A stretch of DNA of 64,000 bases from an uncultured bacterium (GTDB lineage: Bacteria > Verrucomicrobiota > Verrucomicrobiia > Verrucomicrobiales > DEV007): positions 32,001 through 96,000 of the forward strand of contig CAXBMO010000014.1 of the NCBI GenBank assembly GCA_963977015.1, in the 5' to 3' direction. The translations under genes and the position numbers were made by a program. Position 1 is the stretch's first letter. Every line of letters begins with the position of its first letter. The notes beneath the pieces are model-generated. The model was not told the DNA's origin and made no database searches. It saw only the letters and a list, made by a program, of their open reading frames with translations. Of the stretch, positions 16,768-26,311 are shown piece by piece.

Positions 16768-19125
16768 TTAGAACCGAAGCCCCAGTCCGCCGCCGAGACC
16801 GAATTCAGAGTGATACTGGCCAATCAGGGACGCGCGTTTCCCCAAAATCCATTCCAGCCCGGCGGCCCATTCCCACTCAGACCGGGTATCGTACTGGACT
16901 TCACCAAAGATTCCGAGGCGCGGTGTGATGGGATAACCTTTGGCAGCTCCGAAGCGGAATTCGCCGTCGGTATCAACCCACGCGTAAGAATCGATCAAAA
17001 GGGGAAGTGGATAGCTGAGCCCAAATATCCCTCGATCGCCCAAATCGTTGTTCGTCAGTTCCGCCCCGCCAAATACCGAAAGGAAGCGGTTGAAGGAATA
17101 AGCCGCGGTAAGGGGGATTTCGTATTCGGTTTCGTCCACATTACCCCAGCCGATCTCCCAATTGGCATTCAGTATGGTGCGCGTGTTAGAGAGAGTCAGG
17201 TTACCCTCGGTCATGTGTGACATACCCGCTCCTTCAGCCCAGAAATACCATGGATCCTCAAAGAGCTCGTGCCGGACTGCCGCCGTTTCAGGCGCAGGCT
17301 GGAAGTTGTCATATTCGACAACGCGGGCCATGCCGCTGTGCATGTGATAGAGCAGGTGGCAGTGGAAAAACCAGTCGCCTACTTCGTCGGAGTAGAATTC
17401 GATCACCGTGGTGGACATGGGCTCCACATCCACGGTGTGTTTGAGCGGGGCGCGGTCTCCTTGGCCGTTGACTACGCGGAAAAAATGACCGTGCAGGTGC
17501 ATGGGATGGTGCATCATCGTGCGGTTGATCATGATAAAGCGCACTACTTCGCCTTCACGAATGTGGATTTGATCGGTTTCGTGAAGGGCTTTGTTGTTGA
17601 TGAACCAGACGTAGCGTTCCATGTCGCCATCCAGGGTGAGGCGGATTTCCCGAACCGGCTTGTCTTTGGGCAAAGCGGTGGAACGGACAGCGCGTAGCCG
17701 GCTGTAGATCGGCCAGGGGCGGCGCGGGTCCATTCCATCAACCGCGAGTTCACTGCGGGCGGAACCGTGTTCCATGCCATTCATGGAAGGGCCTGCTTGA
17801 CCGTTCATCGGCATTTTCATTTCCCCGTGATTCATTGGCGCTGGCGCCTCGCTTGAATCTTTTCCGTGATCCATCTTCATTCCAGGCATCCCCTGGTCGT
17901 TACCTTCACCATGATTCATCCCCTGGGACATCTTCATCCCGGACATCGCCTGATCTCCGCCCCCGCCGTGGGGCATCCCTTCCATAGTAGATCCCATTCC
18001 GCTCATGCCCATCATTCCCGGCTTGTCGAACTTCCCCGATTCAACTGCGGCGTCGTTCATCCCCATCGCGCCCGCGGGAGTCAGAGCCAGCAGTTTCTGA
18101 AGCTTGAGGCTGCCCATCGTAGCGTAGAGATCCGGTTTGGGAATGTCCGGAGCAGGATGCCGTTCTCCATGTCCGATCCAGACGGATGCTTGCCCGGAAC
18201 CGTCGTGGGCCGTGGCGCGAAACTCATAGCTTCCATGGGCCGGCACCTTCACCAATACGTCGTAGGTTTCGGCGACACCGATGAGAAATCGCTCTTCCCG
18301 GACAGGCTCGACTTCCTGGCCGTCGGCGGAGATAATCGTCATCGGCCCACCCGCATATTCGAGGAAGAAAAACGTCGTGGCTGATCCGTCGATAACGCGC
18401 AAACGCACCGTTTCACCAGGAGCTGCTTTCAACTGGGTTTCGGGTTCCCCGTTGGCCAGAAAGTGGTCGTAGGCCACATCGGAAATGTCCATTGGAGGCA
18501 TGCGTTGCAGCTCCCGCTTAAAGTAATCGCCCAATCGCCCGAGCCGGGCTGCCTCGGTCAGGCTCTGGGCGCTGCCTTTCTTGATGGCGTAGTATTCGCT
18601 GCCACGTTTCAGGGTTCGGAGGACCTCATGCGGGTTTTCATCCGTCCAATCGGATAACAAAACCACTTCGTCATGATCCGCATGATGCTTTTCACCGCCG
18701 CGGGGGAGAATGACGATTGAGCCGTAAACCCCACTTTGTTCCTGGAGACCCGAGTGGGAGTGATACCAATAGGTCCCGGTCTGCCGCAGCGTGAATTCGT
18801 AGCGAAACGTCGTGCCGGGAGCAATGGGCGGATAGGTGACGAAGGGCACACCATCCTGGTCATTGGGCAGCAGAAGACCATGCCAGTGAATGGAAGTTGG
18901 AGCGTCCATCTCGTTGGTCACGTTGATGACGGCCCGGTCGCCGTTGGTGAATTGGAGCGTTGGCCCCGGAATCCCACCGTTGATTGTCATCGCAGGCCTT
19001 GCTTTGCCTGTGAAATCGAGGTTTTGCTGGCGGATCACGAGGTCATATTCGACCGTCTCACCAAAGAGAGAGGCACTCGCAAAGGCGAGGAAAACGAAGC
19101 AGATAGCGCGTAAGGATGGATTCAT
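16768..19125 (-). CDS. Multicopper oxidase (CopA/PcoA family) with Met-rich insert and C-terminal barrel-like extension
   Basis: SIHWHG, YWYHSH, HHPMHLHGH, FFHCHLLYHM; Met/His-rich linker; ends GLGLRF. Confidence 0.92.
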   Translation of the reverse strand: MNPSLRAICFVFLAFASASLFGETVEYDLVIRQQNLDFTGKARPAMTINGGIPGPTLQFTNGDRAVINVTNEMDAPTSIHWHGLLLPNDQDGVPFVTYPPIAPGTTFRYEFTLRQTGTYWYHSHSGLQEQSGVYGSIVILPRGGEKHHADHDEVVLLSDWTDENPHEVLRTLKRGSEYYAIKKGSAQSLTEAARLGRLGDYFKRELQRMPPMDISDVAYDHFLANGEPETQLKAAPGETVRLRVIDGSATTFFFLEYAGGPMTIISADGQEVEPVREERFLIGVAETYDVLVKVPAHGSYEFRATAHDGSGQASVWIGHGERHPAPDIPKPDLYATMGSLKLQKLLALTPAGAMGMNDAAVESGKFDKPGMMGMSGMGSTMEGMPHGGGGDQAMSGMKMSQGMNHGEGNDQGMPGMKMDHGKDSSEAPAPMNHGEMKMPMNGQAGPSMNGMEHGSARSELAVDGMDPRRPWPIYSRLRAVRSTALPKDKPVREIRLTLDGDMERYVWFINNKALHETDQIHIREGEVVRFIMINRTMMHHPMHLHGHFFRVVNGQGDRAPLKHTVDVEPMSTTVIEFYSDEVGDWFFHCHLLYHMHSGMARVVEYDNFQPAPETAAVRHELFEDPWYFWAEGAGMSHMTEGNLTLSNTRTILNANWEIGWGNVDETEYEIPLTAAYSFNRFLSVFGGAELTNNDLGDRGIFGLSYPLPLLIDSYAWVDTDGEFRFGAAKGYPITPRLGIFGEVQYDTRSEWEWAAGLEWILGKRASLIGQYHSEFGLGGGLGLRF

Positions 19126-19205
19126 TGGCGCATGTTAGGGTGTGTGTTGGCCTGGGTCAAATTCGAACTTGTTGACTTCTAAAGGAGCTGAAATAACACA
19201 GCTTC

Positions 19206-19997
19206 TCAGTGATGCTTATACCAGCCCTTGCCCAAGATATCGTTCCACGAAGTGGTTTGATGGCAGAGGAAGCATTGGCTGACATCGGCGTGTGGTTTGC
19301 CCGCGACACGGGCGGAAATCATTTTGAAGTGCATCATGTAATGGCTCGGTGGAGCCATGTGACATTGGGCGCAGTCTCGCGAGGATGGGGACGGGTGCTG
19401 GAACTCGCTGATGGTCCACTTTTTGACCCCATGACAGAAGGCGCAGTCGTTTCCGAAGAGCTGAAAATGCCGGTCGTCCCGCGAATGGCAGGCCGCGCAG
19501 TTCAGCATTCTCTCCATCGGGTGCATGTCCGGCTCGGTGGGAGGCACCACGGCCCCGGCCTGGCCACTCATGATCCAGTGACGGACCAGTTGCGCAGTTG
19601 CTGCGGCTTCGCTTTCCGGGTCTGCCTTTTTGAGTTGTCCAAGGCCGATCTCAGCCACCAGCTTATGATCCATTTCCGACAACCTGGCAGGCGGATGACG
19701 ATGTTCCTGGTGGCATTCAGCGCAATTGCCGATGTCGGCGTGAAACGCGGTTGGTTGCCGTTTCAAGATGGAGGTTGCGTTGGCGTGACAGACAACGCAG
19801 TTAGCATCTTCGACCCCGCGCATGGGCGTGTGGCACGCGGCGCAGTTGTCGCCCAGAAAAGCGTGCGCCTGGGACAAAGGACCAGGATTCGTCAGAGGCC
19901 CCAGTGCTTTCCCTCCGTCGCGAAGCAAGGCCCAAGCGGCAACCGCTGTGGCTAGAATGGCGCCGGTTGTGATAAGAATCGTTTTCAGCTTAGCCAT
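19206..19997 (-). CDS. Heptaheme c-type cytochrome (class III-like)
   Basis: Seven CxxCH motifs (CAACH, CVVCH, CAECH, CAACH, CAFCH, CAQCH, CFLCH); N-terminal anchor. Confidence 0.9.
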   Translation of the reverse strand: MAKLKTILITTGAILATAVAAWALLRDGGKALGPLTNPGPLSQAHAFLGDNCAACHTPMRGVEDANCVVCHANATSILKRQPTAFHADIGNCAECHQEHRHPPARLSEMDHKLVAEIGLGQLKKADPESEAAATAQLVRHWIMSGQAGAVVPPTEPDMHPMERMLNCAACHSRDDRHFQLFGNDCAFCHGVKKWTISEFQHPSPSSRDCAQCHMAPPSHYMMHFKMISARVAGKPHADVSQCFLCHQTTSWNDILGKGWYKHH

Positions 19998-20734
19998 CGC
20001 AGTCCGTAGTAGAATTCAGAGAAAATGTGCAGCACCATCAAAAGGTAGAGCACCACGGAGATGAAGATGTGGAGCTTGAGCCATTTCGAGAAAGCCCGCT
20101 TGAAGGTTTCATGGGTGCGGAGGGCAAATTCGACATCGGCGATGGACTCAGAAAGACGAATCGCCCGTGCTTCCGTCGCATGAGGTCCTCCTTCAAAGAG
20201 CGGCTCGGCAATTCGCAGGCCGAGAGAGCGAAAGAATCCAGCGGAGCCCAAGATGGCCGATTCACCCTCGGTTCGTAGTTGGGCAACGACCAAATCGTAG
20301 TCGGCTCGCAGTTCACTGAGCACCTCCTTCTTTTCGCGGATCTCGCGCCCGATTACCGACATGAGATAGCGGCCCACGAATCCGCTCAACACAACAATCA
20401 ATGTCATTGCGGTGAGGGCGATGCCGATGGGACTTTCAAACTTGTGCCCGGTATGGATCAAAACCAGAATCGGGCCCAAAACGCCGGCATAGATGTGCCA
20501 GGCCAGCAGCGTGCGCATGGAAACGCGCTTTGTGACCGCCTTCTTTATCGGCTTAACCCGCTTGATGACCAAATAGAGCAGCGGCACTAACATAAGCACC
20601 GAACCGGCGATTCCAAACGTCAGTCCCCAGCCGCTTCCTGGAAACGAGGTGTCCGCGTGGAAAATGAAACCAAGCCAGACGACCACAAGAAATGTGACCA
20701 ATCCGCTGACGACGATTTTTTCCCGTTCCTTCAT
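19985..20734 (-). CDS. Integral membrane protein, ferric-reductase-like heme b TM domain
   Basis: About 5 TM segments with His pairs (AWHIYAG/LIHTGH, KLHI/VLHI). Confidence 0.65.
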   Translation of the reverse strand: MKEREKIVVSGLVTFLVVVWLGFIFHADTSFPGSGWGLTFGIAGSVLMLVPLLYLVIKRVKPIKKAVTKRVSMRTLLAWHIYAGVLGPILVLIHTGHKFESPIGIALTAMTLIVVLSGFVGRYLMSVIGREIREKKEVLSELRADYDLVVAQLRTEGESAILGSAGFFRSLGLRIAEPLFEGGPHATEARAIRLSESIADVEFALRTHETFKRAFSKWLKLHIFISVVLYLLMVLHIFSEFYYGLRWLS

Positions 20735-20736
20735 GA

Positions 20737-22599
20737 TTACGCGTCCACGGCGATTGGTTCGGTGGCTTTCGCCTGGCAGGCAAGAATGACCCCATCCGCC
20801 TTGTCTTCATCCGTCAGGGAATCCTCGCAATCCATCGTAACGTTGCCGGAAATCAGTTTCACCTTGCACAAGCCGCATTGGCCGGAGCGACAGGAATTGT
20901 CGATGTCCACACCCGCAGCGTCGGCCGCTTCAAGAACTGTCTGGTTTGGCGGCAACGGAGCGGATTTTCCGGACTTTTGGAAATTTACCGTGGTCGCCGG
21001 CGCGGCTTTGTCGGCGGGGACCGGTTCCGCAGGTTTCTTTGCGGGGCCAAACGCCTCGGTCAGCACTTGGTTGTCCGGCACTTGAAGCTCCCGCAACATT
21101 CCTAACACCGCTTCCATCATTCCCGGCGGGCCGCAGACGTGAACGCGGCGCGTCTGGATTTCGGGGACCAGGTGGCGGATGATCTCCGTGGTGAAATAGC
21201 CCTTCAGCCCCATCCAGACCGCTCCCGGTTCTCTCGTCATCGAGGCGTGAACGTGCAGGTTGGCATGGAGGAGTTGGAGTTGCTCGAGTTCCCGCCGGAA
21301 GATGAAATCGTTCGTCGTCCGGCAGCAATAAAGGAGAAAGATGTCGTTGCGCCAGCCAATGTCGGTGAGGTAGCGAATTACGCTCATCAAAGGCGTTATC
21401 CCAACACCTCCCCCGATCAAGACGATGCTTTCCGACTCTTTTCCGGTGAAAGTGAACTTTCCGTTGGGAGCGGCGACTTCAAGCAAGCCGCCTTCCTTCG
21501 CCTCGTCGTTGAGGTAGCGCGAAACCAAGCCTTGCTCCTCTCGTTTCACGGTGACCGCACAGTAGTGAAGCTGGGTCGGCGTCGAAGCGATCGTGTAGCT
21601 GCGCTTGACCGGCTTGCCGTCAAGATTGAGTGCGAACGTCAGAAACTGACCCGGGTAATAGGTAAACGGCAACGCAACATCGTCCGGCGCTTCCAGGCGC
21701 AACGTTTTGACCTCGGGCGTTTCCTGCAAAATGCGGCAGACTCTGAGTTGCCCCGTCCATTTCCGCTCCGGCTCAGTCCGCGAACGCATCGCAGGAAACT
21801 GGGGAGGCTCGATAGCTTCCGCGGTGGCGCGATTGCGGGGCGCTACCGCTGGAGGATCGGAAACCGGGCCTGCAGGAGGCGAAGGAGCGTTTCGGACATC
21901 GGCCGCGAGTTCGGTCAGCAACTGCGAAGCGCGCCGCATTTTGAAAAAATACATCCACAGCATCAACCCGGCGAACCCTATCAAAGCGATCATGGAAATG
22001 AAGTGAAACGTGGACATGCCCAGGATGCCGTGTCGATGCTCCGTGAATCCGCCTCCGCCGGTCAGGTTCATTTCCTTGCGAAACCACTGAAGGGCGACGT
22101 TGCGCGGCTCACTTCCCTCTGCCAATGCGCGGTGCGCCGCCAAACCGCTGTCAAGTTGGGCCAAGCCCTCCTTCATCTGATCGGTCGCCGCCTGCATTGC
22201 CGCGAAATCATCGGTGGGGGCCGCTTCGGAGAGTTTGCCGAGAGCTTTGGACATGGCATCGGCCCCGGCTTTCATCCGCTGATGGGCTTTCGCCTGAACC
22301 TCGGCTCGCTTCTCCAGAGGCAGATCTGGCAAACGCATGAGTTCGGGATAAAGCTCCAACTCTTTGGGGGCTCCCATTTTCTCCATCATCTTGTCCATGC
22401 CGCCCATCATCCCACCCATCATTCCTCCGCCTTCGCCCTTCTCGCCTTCTTCCTGCGGCCCGGAGCCCTTTTTCTGGTCGCCGGATTTGCCAGCCAGTTC
22501 GGGATGATGCTTCAGGTGCTCTTCCTGGGAAATCTGCGCCGGCGCCGGTTGAAGCGCGGCCAGCCATAGGATGATGAGGGCGAAGTTGAATCTAAGCAT
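20737..22599 (-). CDS. Membrane-anchored FAD/NAD(P)H oxidoreductase (FNR) with C-terminal 2Fe-2S ferredoxin and exported His/Met-rich N-domain
   Basis: PGQF, RSYT, GLVS, GGGVGITP, CGPPGM; CRSGQCGLC...LAC; signal peptide, EEHLKHH/MMGGMM, then a TM helix. Confidence 0.88.
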   Translation of the reverse strand: MLRFNFALIILWLAALQPAPAQISQEEHLKHHPELAGKSGDQKKGSGPQEEGEKGEGGGMMGGMMGGMDKMMEKMGAPKELELYPELMRLPDLPLEKRAEVQAKAHQRMKAGADAMSKALGKLSEAAPTDDFAAMQAATDQMKEGLAQLDSGLAAHRALAEGSEPRNVALQWFRKEMNLTGGGGFTEHRHGILGMSTFHFISMIALIGFAGLMLWMYFFKMRRASQLLTELAADVRNAPSPPAGPVSDPPAVAPRNRATAEAIEPPQFPAMRSRTEPERKWTGQLRVCRILQETPEVKTLRLEAPDDVALPFTYYPGQFLTFALNLDGKPVKRSYTIASTPTQLHYCAVTVKREEQGLVSRYLNDEAKEGGLLEVAAPNGKFTFTGKESESIVLIGGGVGITPLMSVIRYLTDIGWRNDIFLLYCCRTTNDFIFRRELEQLQLLHANLHVHASMTREPGAVWMGLKGYFTTEIIRHLVPEIQTRRVHVCGPPGMMEAVLGMLRELQVPDNQVLTEAFGPAKKPAEPVPADKAAPATTVNFQKSGKSAPLPPNQTVLEAADAAGVDIDNSCRSGQCGLCKVKLISGNVTMDCEDSLTDEDKADGVILACQAKATEPIAVDA

Positions 22600-24004
22600 C
22601 TTGAGCAGCCTGAAAAAACGTTTGGGTTCCACGAGATTGCATGGCTTCCTCCAATCGCTTGAGGGCGACCGCATAGGAAGCCGTGCGCCAGTCCGTGGAA
22701 TTTTCCTGAGTTACCCGCTCCACTGCCTGAAACGCAGCCACCATTCGTTGTTCGAGTTCGCGGTGAACTTTTTCCAAAGGCCAGGATCCGGCCCGATTTT
22801 GGAGCCATTCAAAGTAGCTCACGGTCACTCCACCGGCGTTGGCGAGGATGTCGGGCAGAACGGTGATTCCTTTGGCATTCAGAATGGCATCGGCTTCCGA
22901 GGTCGTCGGGCCATTGGCGATTTCAACAAGGTAGCTTGCCTTGATGCGACCAGCGTTCTCAGCCGTAATCTGATTCTCAATCGCAGCCGGGATCAAAATA
23001 TCGACGTCGAGCTCAAGCAGTTCCCGGTTGCTGATGTGGCTCGCTTCACAAGCTGGGCATTCGCAGTCTTCGCAACAGCACTCATGGTCAATGCTTCCAC
23101 AGTGGGAACACTGACAAACCGATCTGCCGCAATAGACGTCCTCGACAAATTCTCTCCGATTCTTGCTTTCGATGACCGCGGGAATGTCCAGGCCGCTGGT
23201 TTGAAACAGTCCGCCTTTCACGTCGCTGACCGCGATCACGCGATAACCATCAGCATGGAGGAGCGCGGCTATGCTCTGACCGGCATTGCCGAAGCCTTGA
23301 ATCGCAACTCTGACGGCGGACGGCTGCCATCCTTTTCGCGCCTCCAATTCCTTGATGCAGTAGTAAGCCCCCCGTCCGGTCGCGTCATCCCGACCCAGGC
23401 TGCCACCGAGTGGAATCGGTTTGCCGGTGATGACTGCCGGGCAGAGTTCGCGGCGAATCCGCGAATATTCGTCCATCATCCAGCCCATGATGATCGGATT
23501 GGTGTAAACGTCAGGAGCGGGAATGTCGCGGTTCGGCCCGATGAAATCCGCCACTTGCTGGACGAAGGCGCGGCTGAGGCGCTCCAATTCCATGCGCGAG
23601 AGTTGATGGGGATCGACCGCGACACCTCCTTTAGCTCCGCCGAAAGGAATATCCAACAAGGCACACTTGCAGGTCATCCAAAAGGCCAATGCCTTCACCT
23701 CGTCGATGTTGACATCGGGATGATAACGCAACCCGCCCTTGGTCGGCCCCCGCGAGTCGTCGTGGCGGATGCGATAGCCGCGAAACACGCGTTGGGAGCC
23801 GTCATCCATCCTCACACGAACGGAAACCAGAAGCGCAGCCAAGGGCTCACGCAACTGTTCCTTCACTTCGGCGCTGATTCCGGCAATCTCCGCTGCTCGA
23901 TCCAGGCGCGAGAGGGCGTCGTCGTAGATCGAACGGGTGCTGGATTTGGGTAACGTGGAGGAAGTCTCGGCAGGCCTTCCAACAGCAGTCTGAGGTGCAG
24001 TCAT
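22592..24004 (-). CDS. gdhA: Glu/Leu/Phe/Val dehydrogenase (glutamate dehydrogenase-like) with Cys-rich insert
   Basis: GPTKGGLRY, MTCK, GGAKGG, DIPAPD, ITGKP, GFGNAG, ANGP, PDILANAGGVTVSYFEW. Confidence 0.9.
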   Translation of the reverse strand: MTAPQTAVGRPAETSSTLPKSSTRSIYDDALSRLDRAAEIAGISAEVKEQLREPLAALLVSVRVRMDDGSQRVFRGYRIRHDDSRGPTKGGLRYHPDVNIDEVKALAFWMTCKCALLDIPFGGAKGGVAVDPHQLSRMELERLSRAFVQQVADFIGPNRDIPAPDVYTNPIIMGWMMDEYSRIRRELCPAVITGKPIPLGGSLGRDDATGRGAYYCIKELEARKGWQPSAVRVAIQGFGNAGQSIAALLHADGYRVIAVSDVKGGLFQTSGLDIPAVIESKNRREFVEDVYCGRSVCQCSHCGSIDHECCCEDCECPACEASHISNRELLELDVDILIPAAIENQITAENAGRIKASYLVEIANGPTTSEADAILNAKGITVLPDILANAGGVTVSYFEWLQNRAGSWPLEKVHRELEQRMVAAFQAVERVTQENSTDWRTASYAVALKRLEEAMQSRGTQTFFQAAQDA

Positions 24005-24098
24005 GGTGATGTCACTATTTCGGAGTTTGCTTTTTGGGTGGCCAACGCGAACGCACCGAGCTGTATCTGAACAAAACGATGTCCGTTAGCGCGCGGTA

Positions 24099-24656
24099 TC
24101 ACTTGTGGCCCCCCTTCATACCGTGGCCCCCATGACCGCTGCCGTGCTCTTGCATCCGCGACCACATCTGACCGTGCGAACGGCCAGCCTTCCAACAGCG
24201 ATTCCAGCCGAACATATGCCCGCCGGACACAAATCCGGGGCCATGCAAGTTGCCGTGTTGAAGCCCTCCTCCCTGCACCCAGTCTGCCCGGCCATAAAAT
24301 TGACTGCATTTACCAGCGGGGTCGGAAGCCGTGGGATGCGGCGCAAGTTCCATCGTTTTCCCATCCACTTCGATCTTCAGCGGTTCGGCATCAATTGGCG
24401 CGGGCTGTTTCAGGTCTTTGTCCCAAGTGTGGATCATGACTTCGCCGGTTTCTTGATTCGCCAATAATTCAGCGTTGACGGAGCCATCGTCGTTCGGAAT
24501 AAGGTCTCCCCCATTCGGACCGGCTTTGGCGGAGCCGCAACCGGGAAGCAAAATTGTCAGCGCGGCGAGCGCGACAACCCAGATGGCCAACAGCAGCCAG
24601 TGTTGACGGTTGGCGGAGGCAGAGTGTTCCGCAGAGTGTAAGGTTTGTTCGTTCAT
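24099..24656 (-). CDS. Hypothetical His/Met-rich lipoprotein
   Basis: LPGC lipobox; GPNGG; His/Gly/Met tail; overlaps the upstream stop codon. Confidence 0.65.
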   Translation of the reverse strand: MNEQTLHSAEHSASANRQHWLLLAIWVVALAALTILLPGCGSAKAGPNGGDLIPNDDGSVNAELLANQETGEVMIHTWDKDLKQPAPIDAEPLKIEVDGKTMELAPHPTASDPAGKCSQFYGRADWVQGGGLQHGNLHGPGFVSGGHMFGWNRCWKAGRSHGQMWSRMQEHGSGHGGHGMKGGHK

Positions 24657-25558
24657 TGGTCTGGATTTGGTTGGTGTTGATGGGCATCGGCCGGTGAATC
24701 CTGTTTGCCGGATTCATGCCCGGTTAGAGCCTTGCGCTGATCGTCACTGAGAACCTCGGCAGCCATACCAACCGCGGAGATAAAACTGAGTCTCTGCTGC
24801 GAGGTGAGCGTCCCAATCTCGGCCAACTTCGTCTGGATCGCGGCGGTATTGGGCTCAGCGACGCTGGTAAGGCTCCAGAGTTCTTCCTCCGCCTTTTCGA
24901 TCTGGCGATCGAATTCGCTCTGTTCGGCCAGCGCCTTTTCCTTGATTCCGTTGAGTTGCTGCTGTTGCTCGGTGGTCAGTTTCAGGTGCTCCAGGTGATC
25001 CAGGAAGAAACCGGTCGAGCCAATGTGGTAAATGTGTGAGGCTCCCGGGAAACCGGGCAAGGCAGAGATTTCGAGAGAAGCATCCGGAGATTTTCCCATT
25101 TTGCTCATGTGGTCCATTCCCATTCCCTGCTTCATCATCGCCATGCCCATCTTCATACCGTCCATCTTCATACCATCCATCTTCATACCGTTTATCTTCA
25201 TACCATCCATCTTCATGCCATCCATCTTCATGCCATCCATCTTCATGCCGTCCATCTTCATGCCGTCCATCTTCATGCCGTCCATCTTCATGCCGTCCAT
25301 TCCTTTGCCTTTGCCCATCGCCATTGCGCCGCCGCCTCCCTTGCCATGCGATGTGTGGTCGTGTGTGCCGGCCGCTTCATCGGCGGTTCCCCGATGATTC
25401 TTGCCAAGCGCGGCTTGCAACTTGGCAACCGTGGCCCGGAGTTCGATGATCTGGTCTTCGAGCGATGGTTCGGACGGCTTCTGATCCTGCGCTAAAGACA
25501 AAGTTGCGAGGGGAACCAGAGCGAGAATGGCGAGGCTGCGTTGAATACGAGCATTCAT
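24653..25558 (-). CDS. Periplasmic Spy/CpxP/ZraP-like helical metal-binding protein with Met-rich repeat
   Basis: Signal peptide; (MKMDG)n; LKLTTEQQQQL...VLSDDQR. Confidence 0.75.
   Translation of the reverse strand: MNARIQRSLAILALVPLATLSLAQDQKPSEPSLEDQIIELRATVAKLQAALGKNHRGTADEAAGTHDHTSHGKGGGGAMAMGKGKGMDGMKMDGMKMDGMKMDGMKMDGMKMDGMKMDGMKINGMKMDGMKMDGMKMGMAMMKQGMGMDHMSKMGKSPDASLEISALPGFPGASHIYHIGSTGFFLDHLEHLKLTTEQQQQLNGIKEKALAEQSEFDRQIEKAEEELWSLTSVAEPNTAAIQTKLAEIGTLTSQQRLSFISAVGMAAEVLSDDQRKALTGHESGKQDSPADAHQHQPNPDQ
25148..25300 (-). repeat. 15-bp tandem coding repeat, about 10 units (MKMDG)
   Basis: The unit CCATCTTCATGCCGT and its variants repeat head to tail. Confidence 0.95.
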
Positions 25559-25612
25559 GAGGATTTAGGTAGGATTTGAATTTGAGCCGCAATAGAGGCC
25601 CTTACCCGGTTC

Positions 25613-25637
25613 AACGCCGCCAAAGCAAATTGCCCTC
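25613..25637 (-). promoter_or_regulatory. Putative ECF promoter GAGGG-N16-CGTT (Spy-like to oxidase operon)
   Basis: Exact motif. Confidence 0.68.
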
Positions 25638-25696
25638 TAAGAAGTTGGCGTTTTTCACTTCTGGCAGGGATTGTGGGCCCCGCTAGACCGCCAATT

Positions 25697-26311
25697 CTAT
25701 GTGAGATGGCTCGGCAACAGCTTGCTCAGCGACTTTCTTAGTTGCTTTCGAGCACGGTAGAGCCGCATTTCAATCGTCTTAGCCGAGCATCCCACAATTC
25801 CGCCGATCTGCTGATAGGAAAGGTGCTCGAATTCAAAGAGAATCAAAGCCGTCCGTAAATCATGAGGCAGGTGACTAATCGCTTCGCTGACCAGCCGGAC
25901 GCGATCGCTGCGATCGGCGCTGTCGTCCGGGCCATCCTTTGGGCATGTCAGGTTTTGAAGCGAGTCTTGCGAGTCATTTTCTTCGTCATTTTGGCAGGCC
26001 ATGGCGCTGCCGGGATGACGCCGGCGCCATCGCGCTTCATTTCGCGCCAGATTGACTGCAATGGCAAACAACCATGCGGAAAAGGCATGGCTCGGGCGAT
26101 ACCGGCTGCGGCTCTGATAAACCCGGACGAAGGTTTCCTGGGCCAGGTCAACGGCAACGCTCCAATTGCTTGTATAGCGATACAAGAAGGAAACCAGAGG
26201 CTGCTTCCAACGCTCTATGAGGTCGTTGAGCGCCAAATCATCGCCCTCTCGCAGCCGCGCCATGGTTGCCTTGTCCAGGGTGTCCCGGTTGGATTCTTCC
26301 GAACTGGTCAC
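25697..26311 (-). CDS. ECF RNA polymerase sigma factor (cassette 1)
   Basis: DLAQETFVRVY, FSAWLFAIAVN, LSYQQI..IVGCS.KTIEMRLYRAR; GTGA overlap with the upstream gene. Confidence 0.92.
   Translation of the reverse strand: MTSSEESNRDTLDKATMARLREGDDLALNDLIERWKQPLVSFLYRYTSNWSVAVDLAQETFVRVYQSRSRYRPSHAFSAWLFAIAVNLARNEARWRRRHPGSAMACQNDEENDSQDSLQNLTCPKDGPDDSADRSDRVRLVSEAISHLPHDLRTALILFEFEHLSYQQIGGIVGCSAKTIEMRLYRARKQLRKSLSKLLPSHLT

Noticed and set aside
21139-23953. Long plus-strand ORFs (476 and 460 aa)
   Set aside because: Antisense to the oxidoreductase and GDH; typical high-GC shadow ORFs.
25148-25300. Possible CRISPR array
   Set aside because: Contiguous 15-bp coding units with no spacers and no cas genes.
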